Shown in pieces: positions 8,716 through 17,417 of a stretch of 59,194 nt of DNA (the first letter of the stretch is position 1; each line of letters opens with the position of its first letter). A program made the translations under genes and the position numbers. Origin of the DNA: Patescibacteria group bacterium (GTDB lineage: Bacteria; Patescibacteriota; WWE3; UBA101185; 2-01-FULL-41-18); NCBI GenBank assembly GCA_038064575.1, contig JBBTST010000011.1:1-59194 (forward strand), in the 5' to 3' direction. A model generated the notes under the pieces. It had not been told where the DNA came from. It saw only the letters and a program-made list of their open reading frames with translations, and searched no databases.

Positions 8716-9678
8716 CTATTTAACTATAAAACCGGTTTTATTGATTTTTTCAACTTCCAATAAAAGCTTTGAAAAAGAGTCTGTGAATAAACCAAAACTT
8801 GCAAGGTCTCCAACAAATTTTTTGCTCCCATCAGTTGATAAATAGACCAAAAGTTTACCATTCCCGCTAAAAGATCTCTTTTCTGAAGCAAACTTGGGGC
8901 TTAAAGACAGGCTCAGAATCTTTTTTTCCTTAGCAGCAGTGATATCCTCAAGAAGCTCCTGATCAGATGCCAATACTAAAAAACCATATATGCTCTTTGC
9001 GGAAACGGAGGCTTCTTTGGAAGCGACTTCCAATAGAGTGTTATTAGACCCAAAGTTGCCATCAAATATGACCGCTGCTACTCTTTGATTCTCACCACTT
9101 TTAAGTGATTTATTTCTTGAAAACAGAGCAAATCCAGATGGGTTTTGTAAGATTATTTCCTTCAACAAATTAGCAAACTTGACATCCTCTTTAGTAAAAA
9201 CCTGATCAAAAATAAATTTGTGAATGCTTGTAAAATCGTGGCCTTCTATATAAAGATCTGAATCATAGGGAATCATTGAAGTATACTTCTCAAAGTCAAA
9301 AGACTCATCTTCCACCACATTCAAAAAGGCTGTACTCTCACTTTTTAAAACCTCCTGAATTAAGACTCCCTTAGTTGTTTCAGTTGAAGTGCTAAGCTTT
9401 CTTCCGCCAGTATTTAAAAAGTAGTAGTTATAGGAAGTATTTATTATAACAACAAAAGCAATTAAACTTCCAACAAAAAATAGCGCTTTTTTAAGAACTA
9501 GGATTGGCAAAGAGACTAGCATATCTTTAATAACAAGAGGAGGAGGTGATGAAACATTAAGTTGTGAGACATTGCTTAAATTTATAAATTCATCCGGAAG
9601 ACGGGAACCACAATTAAGACAAAAATACTTCTCAGAAAACCCCAAATCATTCTTACACTGCGGACAGAGTCTTTCCAT
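8716..9678 (-). CDS. Zinc-ribbon, single-pass membrane protein, hypothetical
   Basis: N-terminal 'CPQCKN...CLNCGS' zinc ribbon, one TM helix ('FFVGSLIAFVVII') and a roughly 230-aa C-terminal domain. Its stop lies 1 nt before the Lon-like ATPase start. Confidence 0.55.
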   Translation of the reverse strand: MERLCPQCKNDLGFSEKYFCLNCGSRLPDEFINLSNVSQLNVSSPPPLVIKDMLVSLPILVLKKALFFVGSLIAFVVIINTSYNYYFLNTGGRKLSTSTETTKGVLIQEVLKSESTAFLNVVEDESFDFEKYTSMIPYDSDLYIEGHDFTSIHKFIFDQVFTKEDVKFANLLKEIILQNPSGFALFSRNKSLKSGENQRVAAVIFDGNFGSNNTLLEVASKEASVSAKSIYGFLVLASDQELLEDITAAKEKKILSLSLSPKFASEKRSFSGNGKLLVYLSTDGSKKFVGDLASFGLFTDSFSKLLLEVEKINKTGFIVK

Positions 9679-9713
9679 ATAGTTTCATTTTATCAAATTA
9701 AGAACTCTTTAAG

Positions 9714-11966
9714 TTAAGAACTTCTGTAGGATCTTCCTGACCTGCCTGAATGCTTATCAAAACCTCCTCTTGAACCCCCTCCTCTGTTAGGAGAAAAAGG
9801 CCTTCTCTCAAAACGCCTTCCTGAAAAATCATCAGGTCTATAAGGAGGCTCCCCACCATTTTCCCCATTGGCCGGTCTTTCTTCCAGAGCTTTTTTAGAA
9901 AGACTAATCTTGCCCATAGGATCAACATCTAAAACTTGAACCTTTATAACATCCCCTTCCTTAACTATATCTCTTACATTTCTAACAAAACCATAAGCCA
10001 GCTCACTTACATGTACCAAGCCTTCTTTACCCGGCAGGATTTCAACAAAAGCACCAAAGTCAACAATTCTCTTGACTGTAGCATCATAAATCTCACCCAG
10101 TTCAACCTGTCTGGTCAAACCATCAACATATTTTCTTGCCTGCTCTACGCCATCTGCATTATTTCCGGTGATAGATACAAGCCCGTCTTCATCAATACCA
10201 AGGGTTGACCCAGTTTTTGATTCAATGTCTCTAATTGTTTTACCACCGCTTCCAATTACCAACCCAATCTGATCCGGCTTAATCTTAATTGTTGTCATTC
10301 TTGGAGCATGTTGGCTTAATTGCTCTCTTGACGCGGAAATATGCAAATCCATAGCATCAAGAATTTCAAGTCTTGCTTTTCTTGATTGTGTAACAATTGT
10401 TGGCAAAAGCTTAAGGGGAATTCCCGGAAGCTTTATATCCACCTGAATTGCTGTAACACCTTGCCTAGTTCCTGTCATCTTGAAATCCATAAAACCATAA
10501 GCATCCTCTTTATAGGCCATGTCCGTTATCAGCACATATTTTGTTTCTTCTTCATCTGTCATAACGCCAATTGCAATACCGGCAACAGGGGCCTTTATAG
10601 GAACTCCGGCGTCCATTAACGCAAGTGAGGACCCACAGGTTGCGGCCATGGATGAAGACCCACTGGAACTTAAAATCTCACTTACAACTCTAATTGTATA
10701 TGGAAATAAAGCTTTTTCAGGCACAACCGGAATTAGAGCTCTTTCAGCAAGCATGCCATGACCTATCTCACGAGCGTTGGGTCCGCCTCTTCCTTTTGCC
10801 ATTTCACCAACGGAATACTGAGGCATATTGTAGTGATGCATATATCTTTTGGATTCCTCACCATACATTGTCTGTATTAGCTGCTCCATAGATGAAGAAC
10901 CAAGAGTCACTACTGATAAACCTTGGGTTATTCCTCTTGTAAAGAGCGCACTTCCATGAGTTCGGGGCAAAATACCTATTTCAACAGAGATTGGCCTAAC
11001 CTGCTCAACACTTCTGCCATCCGGTCTTTTACCCTCATCTAAAATCAAATGCCTCATCTCATCTGTCTCTAGTTTTGAGAATGCTCTTGTCATATCGTTC
11101 TTACTATGTTTACCTTCAAACTTTGCAAAAACCTCCTCTAACAGAAGCGATTCTTCCTCCTGCATCTCGGTTTTTTCAAGATTTTTTGCCATCATTTCCC
11201 TAATTTTCTGACCTACCAAATTTTTAACGTCAGTTACAAGCTCTGGAGCCAGAGCTTTTGACACATAAACATATTTGTCTTTTTCTACTTCTTTTGAAAA
11301 ACCCTCTATAAAATCGTGCAATTCTTGTGTTTGATCATTAACAAAGTTAACAGCTTCAACAATCTTTTCCTCCGGGATAATATTGCACCCAGCCTCCATT
11401 GCCAAAAACTTGCCCTCAACAAGAGAGACCACTAAATCAAGATCAGATTGCCCAAGCTGCTCCTCCGAAGGGTTTAATATAAACTCACCTGAGCTTGTCA
11501 TTCCAACTCTTGAAGAGACCATAGGCCCTTTCCAAGGAATATCCGAAGAGTGTAAACAGGCTGAAGCTGCAATCATGGAGAGCACTTCCGGATCTGACAT
11601 TTTATCTACTGAAAGCACAGTTGCAATAACATTAACTTCATCCTGATAGTCTTTTGGAAATAAAGGTCTTATGGCATGATCAATCAATCGGCCTGCAATT
11701 CTTGCCTGATCTGTAGGTGCTCCTTCTCTTTTTACCCACCTAGAACTTTTTATCAAACCCCCGGCGTAAAGTTTTTCTTCATAGCTTACTGTCAGGGGTA
11801 AAAAATCTACTTCGTTTTTAGGCTTAGCGGAAACCGTTGCTACCAAAACCATTGTTTCTCCCCAACTGGCAAGAACACTCATATTAGCCTGTTGAGCAAG
11901 TTTTCCGGTTTCGAGTGTAAGTGTTCTCCCTGCAAATTCCATTTGTTTTTTTACTACTTTATTCAT
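9714..11966 (-). CDS. pnp: Polynucleotide phosphorylase with an Arg/Gly-rich C-terminal tail
   Basis: 750 aa with two RNase PH domains, a KH domain ('GLVIGSGGKTIR') and an S1 domain ('GEIYDATVKRIVDFGAFVEILPGKEGLVHVSELA'). It carries an extra 55-aa RGG-type tail. Confidence 0.95.
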   Translation of the reverse strand: MNKVVKKQMEFAGRTLTLETGKLAQQANMSVLASWGETMVLVATVSAKPKNEVDFLPLTVSYEEKLYAGGLIKSSRWVKREGAPTDQARIAGRLIDHAIRPLFPKDYQDEVNVIATVLSVDKMSDPEVLSMIAASACLHSSDIPWKGPMVSSRVGMTSSGEFILNPSEEQLGQSDLDLVVSLVEGKFLAMEAGCNIIPEEKIVEAVNFVNDQTQELHDFIEGFSKEVEKDKYVYVSKALAPELVTDVKNLVGQKIREMMAKNLEKTEMQEEESLLLEEVFAKFEGKHSKNDMTRAFSKLETDEMRHLILDEGKRPDGRSVEQVRPISVEIGILPRTHGSALFTRGITQGLSVVTLGSSSMEQLIQTMYGEESKRYMHHYNMPQYSVGEMAKGRGGPNAREIGHGMLAERALIPVVPEKALFPYTIRVVSEILSSSGSSSMAATCGSSLALMDAGVPIKAPVAGIAIGVMTDEEETKYVLITDMAYKEDAYGFMDFKMTGTRQGVTAIQVDIKLPGIPLKLLPTIVTQSRKARLEILDAMDLHISASREQLSQHAPRMTTIKIKPDQIGLVIGSGGKTIRDIESKTGSTLGIDEDGLVSITGNNADGVEQARKYVDGLTRQVELGEIYDATVKRIVDFGAFVEILPGKEGLVHVSELAYGFVRNVRDIVKEGDVIKVQVLDVDPMGKISLSKKALEERPANGENGGEPPYRPDDFSGRRFERRPFSPNRGGGSRGGFDKHSGRSGRSYRSS

Positions 11967-12108
11967 TTTTTTCCTTTCTAAAAAGCAACAGAAGCTAAAA
12001 GTGTAAGGTTAAGAGGCTTAAATCTGAAAAACGTGCTTGATTTACAGATTTATACCTCCTAAAAATATCCTTGCTTTTAGCAAGCTCGTGCCTACACTTA
12101 AGTTATTA

Positions 12109-12378
12109 TTACTTTTCAAGTTTTAATTTTTTTACTACTGTTTGATACCTTTCCTCATCCTTCTTTTTCAGGTATAAAAGAAGCTTTCTTCTTTTATTAA
12201 CCATTTGCAAAAGTCCCCTTCTGGAGTGAACATCCTTTTTATGGCCTTTAAGATGCCCCGTCAAAAGATTTATTCTTTCTGTAAGAAGAGCTACTTGAAC
12301 TTCCGGGGAACCTGTATCAGCTTTATGGGTTTTATATTCATCAATAATTACTGTCTTTTTATCCTTATTAAGCGTCAT
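12109..12378 (-). CDS. rpsO: 30S ribosomal protein S15
   Basis: '[37 protein letters not shown]' is the canonical S15 core. The ATG at 12378 is preferred over the upstream TTG at 12399. Confidence 0.9.
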   Translation of the reverse strand: MTLNKDKKTVIIDEYKTHKADTGSPEVQVALLTERINLLTGHLKGHKKDVHSRRGLLQMVNKRRKLLLYLKKKDEERYQTVVKKLKLEK

Positions 12379-12444
12379 ATTCTGGACCGATTGTAGCAAT
12401 TAAACGGTTAAAGAGCAATGGCATTAGTTTATCCCTTACAAATT

Positions 12445-13104
12445 TTACTCTGTTTTTTGAAGTTTTTTTGAAGTCATTCCAATTAACAAAAGTTTGGCAA
12501 CATCTTCAGTAATTCTAAAATTCCAAGACACAAGTTTATGAAGAAGCAGATGACACATGGAAGAAGCTTGGGGTTCAACAACATTTATTGTTGCAAAATT
12601 GGTATTTACATGAGAATTATCAATATTTATGGCATAGAGCTTTTTAAGATCATTTTCAAATTCTGCATATAATGCTGTGTGGTCCTTCCAGGCTTTAGCC
12701 CCAATAGAAATCACCAAGTCATAATCAAGCCCTATGTTTTCATAAGTTATTTTTGACGAATCAAAGTCTTTTGAAACAGGTGTCAGAACCACTTTACAAA
12801 TATCACCATCAACTGCCCAGTTTACTCTTTCAATTCTGGTTCCGGAGAAATCAATACTTATAATAAAATCCCTGTCTGTTGGAATAGGTGTTATATCCTC
12901 ATGGGAAAGAAATTCTTTTAGCTCTTCAGGTATAGGAGAAGAATAAATAAGGATAACATCTTTGTTTGTGTTTTTAAGAACTTTGTATAAAGCTCCAGAC
13001 GCACAAAAACCATCAATTCCTGAGGTGGGGCTTGGAATTACTGCAATTTTCTTGCCCTCATAGATCAAATCCTTAACTTGTTTGCTGTCTTGTAGTATTT
13101 GCAT
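12445..13104 (-). CDS. DHH-family (NrnA-like) phosphoesterase-like protein, motifs degenerate
   Basis: Its position after infB matches the usual nusA-infB-(rbfA)-nrnA neighbourhood. The N-terminal 'GIDGFCASGALYKVL' resembles DHH motif I, but no clear DHH triad is visible. Confidence 0.35.
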   Translation of the reverse strand: MQILQDSKQVKDLIYEGKKIAVIPSPTSGIDGFCASGALYKVLKNTNKDVILIYSSPIPEELKEFLSHEDITPIPTDRDFIISIDFSGTRIERVNWAVDGDICKVVLTPVSKDFDSSKITYENIGLDYDLVISIGAKAWKDHTALYAEFENDLKKLYAINIDNSHVNTNFATINVVEPQASSMCHLLLHKLVSWNFRITEDVAKLLLIGMTSKKLQKTE

Positions 13105-13168
13105 AAATTGTGTGTTCGAGGGGGGAACCTGAGATTATAACACTATAGGTAAAAAGGTCAAAATAGGT

Positions 13169-14647
13169 TTAAATAACTTCAATAATGTCCTGAGGTTTAA
13201 TATCTTTAAAAACGGGTTTTAACAAAATTCCGCAATCATTGTCGCGACCAACAGAGGAAACTTCATCTCTCCCTCTTCTCACACTTTTAACTTTTCCTGT
13301 ATAAACGGGCTGTTCAATACCTTCCCTGAAGACTGAAACCCTGCTGATATTTTTTATGGAGCCTGCTAATACTTTGCTTCCGGCAACAATATCTCCAGAT
13401 GCCAATGTAAAAGTCTGCAACACTTGAGCCCTGCCCTTAACTTTAACTTCTTCTTTATACATAAGCTCTGCTATAACATCTTTTAGGGTTTCTATGAGTT
13501 CATAAATTATTTTATATGTCTTAACTTTGACTTTTAGATTTTCTGATAAATCCAAAACCTTACCCGGGACCTTTGAATTAAATCCAAGAATTACAGCCTT
13601 TGAACTTTCCGCCATCAAGACATCAGATTCATTCACATCTCCCGTTGATTTGGAAATAATTCTGATGGGAAGGTTGTCTTTAATAAGCTCATCAATAGAA
13701 TATTCAAGCGCTTCTAAAGAACCTTCAGTGTCTGCTTTCAAAATAACATTACATGTATCAACACCACTTGCAAAGCCTCCTTTTGCTGCCCCAGAGCCGT
13801 CTGACAGCTCAACAAGATCCTTATTTTTAATATCAACAAAAACATCTCCCACTCTTGGCGCGTGGGAAAAGCCTAGGACTTCAACCGGATCACCGGGAAG
13901 AGCCTCTTTTAGCTGCTCTCCATTATAAGAAACCAAAGCTTTCACTTTTCCTTGCGCTTTGGAAGAATAAACTTCTAGTCCAACTCTCAACGTCCCATTT
14001 TTCACAATCCCGGTAAACAAAGGGCCTTTCTTTTGATCAAGTCTGGATTCAATTATAAGGCCTTCAAGATCCCCATTTGGATTTGCTTTTAATTCAATAA
14101 GATCGGCCAGAGTAACTATTGACTCAATTAATTTATCAACACCTAAGCCAGTTTTAGCTGAAACTTCACATGAAATAACATCCCCACCCCAAGTTTCAAC
14201 AAGGACATCGCTCTCTGCAAGTTCTTTTTTAACTTTTTCCGGGTTTGCTCCAGGAAGGTCAGATTTATTTAGAGCCACTATTAAAGGCGTTTTTGTCTCT
14301 TTTATTATTGAAATGGATTCCTTTGTTTGAGGTTGGACCCCATCTACAACAGAAACCACAAGAACAACAATGTCTGCGGCCCTTCCACCCCTAAGCCTCA
14401 TTTTTGTAAAAGCCGCATGCCCAGGAGTATCAATAAAAGTGATTTTTCTGGTCTTGTGCAGGATCTGATAAGCACCTATAGATTGAGTAATTCCACCTGC
14501 TTCTTTTTCTGCAACTTTGGTTTTTCTAATGTAGTCTAAAAGGGAAGTTTTACCATGATCTACATGACCCATTATGGTAATAATTGGAGGTCTTATAAAA
14601 TTGTCGGATTCCTTGCTTTGCATAAGATCCATATTCTGATTTGGCAA
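13169..14647 (-). CDS. infB: Translation initiation factor IF-2 (short form, TTG start)
   Basis: G-domain 'GHVDHGKTSLLD', 'DTPGH' and 'NKSD'. The 492-aa length means the N-terminal domains of long IF-2 forms are absent. Confidence 0.9.
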   Translation of the reverse strand: MPNQNMDLMQSKESDNFIRPPIITIMGHVDHGKTSLLDYIRKTKVAEKEAGGITQSIGAYQILHKTRKITFIDTPGHAAFTKMRLRGGRAADIVVLVVSVVDGVQPQTKESISIIKETKTPLIVALNKSDLPGANPEKVKKELAESDVLVETWGGDVISCEVSAKTGLGVDKLIESIVTLADLIELKANPNGDLEGLIIESRLDQKKGPLFTGIVKNGTLRVGLEVYSSKAQGKVKALVSYNGEQLKEALPGDPVEVLGFSHAPRVGDVFVDIKNKDLVELSDGSGAAKGGFASGVDTCNVILKADTEGSLEALEYSIDELIKDNLPIRIISKSTGDVNESDVLMAESSKAVILGFNSKVPGKVLDLSENLKVKVKTYKIIYELIETLKDVIAELMYKEEVKVKGRAQVLQTFTLASGDIVAGSKVLAGSIKNISRVSVFREGIEQPVYTGKVKSVRRGRDEVSSVGRDNDCGILLKPVFKDIKPQDIIEVI

Positions 14648-14671
14648 ATACCATCCAGTTCCTCATAGAAA

Positions 14672-15769
14672 TTATTTACCAACTTTTTTGTCTTCTACTT
14701 TTTCTGTATCAGGTTGTACAGGCTTTTCTTCTTCTGATAATTTATCAGATTCTTTGACGACTGGCTCCTCTGAAAGCTTTTCTTCACTTACTGAGCCCTC
14801 TTGAGAAGCCTCCTTTTCTACCTTTTCTGAAGTCCCATGCAAACCCTTAACATCTATTCTCCACCCTGTAAGTTTTGCCGCAAGCCTTACATTTTGTCCT
14901 TCTTTTCCTATTGCAAGGCTTAATTGATCATCAGGAACAATCACTTTTGCTTCTTTATCCTCTTTATTTAAAATTACATCAACAACTTTTGCGGGGGAGA
15001 GAGCTGCTGCAATAAATCTGTCCATTTCCGGATTGTAGGCAACTATGTCTATCTTTTCCCCATTTAGCTCTGAAATTATTGATTGAACTCTAACCCCCTT
15101 CTGCCCAACGCAGCTTCCAACAGGGTCTACTTTTTCTTCCCTTGAGGAAACAGCCATTTTAGTTCTACTTCCCGCTTCTCTGGAAATTGCCTCTATTTTA
15201 ACAACTCCTGTAGAAACCTCCGGTACCTCCATGGTAAAAAGAGCAATCACAAATTGAGGATCACTTCTTGAAACAAAAACCTCCAAACCTCTTGAACCTT
15301 CTCTAATGTCCTTAACTAACACTCTAATCTTTTGATTTATGGTGTATCTATCATTTGAAGCTTGTTCCGACTGAGGAAGAATTCCCTGAATTTTCCCAAG
15401 GTCAACAATAACAACACCCTTTTCTATCCTAAAAATATGCGCGTTAACAATTGTGCCAATCTTTTTTTGATATTCTGAAAGGACTGACTCTTTTTCTGTT
15501 TCTCTGATTTTTTGTAAAATTACCTGCTTTGCTGTCTGAGCTGCAATTCTGCCAAATCCGGAAGGAGTGACATTTTCCTCACCCCTAAATACTTTTGCCT
15601 CCCCGGTTTCAGGATCAACTTTTGCAATAAGGTCCTCTGACGAGCCTCCAAAATCCTTTTTATAGGCTGATACAAGCGCCATTTCTATGCTTGAAATAAC
15701 AGCCGCTACCGGAATACCTCTTTCTGCTGCCACCTGATTTAACGCCGCTTTAAATTCTGAAATTGCCAT
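14672..15769 (-). CDS. nusA: Transcription termination/antitermination factor NusA
   Basis: N-terminal domain, S1 and two KH domains ('GSCVGQKGVRVQSI', 'AIGKEGQNVRLAAKLTGWRIDV'), plus an acidic C-terminal tail. Confidence 0.9.
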   Translation of the reverse strand: MAISEFKAALNQVAAERGIPVAAVISSIEMALVSAYKKDFGGSSEDLIAKVDPETGEAKVFRGEENVTPSGFGRIAAQTAKQVILQKIRETEKESVLSEYQKKIGTIVNAHIFRIEKGVVIVDLGKIQGILPQSEQASNDRYTINQKIRVLVKDIREGSRGLEVFVSRSDPQFVIALFTMEVPEVSTGVVKIEAISREAGSRTKMAVSSREEKVDPVGSCVGQKGVRVQSIISELNGEKIDIVAYNPEMDRFIAAALSPAKVVDVILNKEDKEAKVIVPDDQLSLAIGKEGQNVRLAAKLTGWRIDVKGLHGTSEKVEKEASQEGSVSEEKLSEEPVVKESDKLSEEEKPVQPDTEKVEDKKVGK

Positions 15770-15923
15770 ATCAAAAATTTAGGTGGGACATTAACCCCAC
15801 CTCATTACCAAAAACTTATTACTTGATGAGTAAATTAACACAAAACTTAAGCTAAATCAAGGAAGGTTCCAGATCAACCCCATATCAAAACCGTGATCTG
15901 ACCCCAAATGGTATTATCTTCTT

Positions 15924-16499
15924 ATGTCAAGGGCGATTTTCTATGTCACTCAATTAACAGCTTATTTTACTGTTGGTTTAATAATAAGAATTATTATCAG
16001 ACCAAAGGTCAAAAGGCTATTCCAAAAGATAAACAAGCCGCTAATTATAGCCTCAAATCATCAGCATTTTTTAGATCCTTTTTTTGTCATGGCGAGTTTG
16101 TCTTTTAAGGACTTTCTGAAATGCCTCCCAATAAGATTTATTACGGCAAATAAATACATGAAATTTCCATTGCTCCCCTTACTTCTCACCTTTGGCTGTT
16201 ATAAAGCAAATAAAGAGGAGAACTACTCATGCACAGATGAATCAATTAAGTTTATTAAAAATGGGTTTACAGTATTTATCTTTCCTGAAGGAGGTATAGT
16301 TAAAGAAAAGCTCAACAACCCAAAGATTGGCGTTGGGGTTATAGCCATAAAATCAACTGCCAAAGTTTTGCCCGTAAATGTATCCTTAAACAACCTTGTA
16401 CTCAAAATAACTTTTGGTAGTTTCTTACTCTCAAAATCGGTGGAAGACCCAAAAGCCTTTGCAAACAAAGTTCTTAAAGTAATATATGAATACGAATAG
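15924..16499 (+). CDS. PlsC-type (lysophospholipid/glycerol-phosphate) acyltransferase
   Basis: HX4D motif in 'ASNHQHFLDPF' and block III 'FPEGG'. It overlaps the next gene by 14 nt. Confidence 0.7.
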   Translation: MSRAIFYVTQLTAYFTVGLIIRIIIRPKVKRLFQKINKPLIIASNHQHFLDPFFVMASLSFKDFLKCLPIRFITANKYMKFPLLPLLLTFGCYKANKEENYSCTDESIKFIKNGFTVFIFPEGGIVKEKLNNPKIGVGVIAIKSTAKVLPVNVSLNNLVLKITFGSFLLSKSVEDPKAFANKVLKVIYEYE

Positions 16500-17415
16500 A
16501 AAGATTGTACTTATTACCGGAGGAACTGGCAGACTAGGTACTCCTTTAATTAATAACCTCTCAAAAGATTATGAAAAGATCATAGTTCTTACAAGAAATA
16601 CAAATCTCAAAGGGAAAAACAATAAAATAAGTTTTTTGAACGCAGATATCACAAAAGAGAACTTAGGTCTCAACAGCAACGTTTATTCACAATTAACAAG
16701 CAACATAACAGAAATAATTCATATGGCGGCAAACACAAGCTTCACAGCATCATATCAAAAAGCAGCTTTGGTAAATATTAAGGGCACAAAGAACATACTG
16801 GGTCTGGCTAAAAAAACAAGGAATCTGAGAAAGTTTATACACTTTAGTACAGCGTTTATAAGCGGGGAAAGAGAGGGTGACATATTCGAGGAAGGACTTG
16901 AGCACAATGCAGGATTTGTTAATAATTATGAGTTAACCAAATATCAAAGCGAACTTATTGCTAGAGAGCATTTTTCCCAACTTCCAATTTCTGTAATTAG
17001 ACCGGTTCTAATTTTAACTAATGACAGTAAAAACATATTCAACGTCATGCTTGATAAAATCAAACAAAGCAAATTCTTCATAATTACGGGGTGTCCAGTA
17101 ACAAACTTGCATCTCATTCCTCTAAATAGCTTTGTTAAAAGAGTTTCTTCATCTCTTAATGATCTTCAGTCCGGAAAAGCTTATCACTTTGCAAATAAAC
17201 CGGACCAATTAATGACTCTTAGAGAACTTGTTGCTTTTGTAGAAAAGCTAATGAACAAAAAGATTATGATTATTAATCATAAAATTCAACTTGGAAAACT
17301 TTATAACTTAACAGGTCAGCTTTTTCACAGTAAAACTTTTTTCTCGGAAGACAAAAATAATTATTTGGGAGGAAAAAAACAAATTTTTTCCCATATTGAG
17401 GAGTATCTTAAATAG
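16486..17415 (+). CDS. Thioester (acyl-CoA/acyl-ACP) reductase-like SDR ('male sterility'/NAD_binding_4 type)
   Basis: 'LITGGTGRLG' Rossmann motif. 'ADITKENLGLNSNVYSQLTSNITEIIHMAANTSF', 'VNIKGTKNIL' and 'FSTAFISG' match the reductase-domain pattern. YxxxK is present in 'NNYELTKYQSE'. Confidence 0.6.
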   Translation: MNTNRKIVLITGGTGRLGTPLINNLSKDYEKIIVLTRNTNLKGKNNKISFLNADITKENLGLNSNVYSQLTSNITEIIHMAANTSFTASYQKAALVNIKGTKNILGLAKKTRNLRKFIHFSTAFISGEREGDIFEEGLEHNAGFVNNYELTKYQSELIAREHFSQLPISVIRPVLILTNDSKNIFNVMLDKIKQSKFFIITGCPVTNLHLIPLNSFVKRVSSSLNDLQSGKAYHFANKPDQLMTLRELVAFVEKLMNKKIMIINHKIQLGKLYNLTGQLFHSKTFFSEDKNNYLGGKKQIFSHIEEYLK

Positions 17416-17417
17416 AT

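Noticed and set aside
9690-9725. Short direct repeat TTAAGAACT ... TTAAGAACTT at the pnp stop region
   Set aside because: It has only 9-10 nt and two copies in AT-rich sequence, which is compatible with chance. It is not part of any array.
15781-15802. AGGTGGG-N8-CCCACCT hairpin upstream of nusA as a possible tRNA or leader RNA
   Set aside because: The 154-nt spacer has no cloverleaf-compatible arms or T-loop motif. It shows only a single 7-bp hairpin of unclear meaning, and I cannot assign a function.
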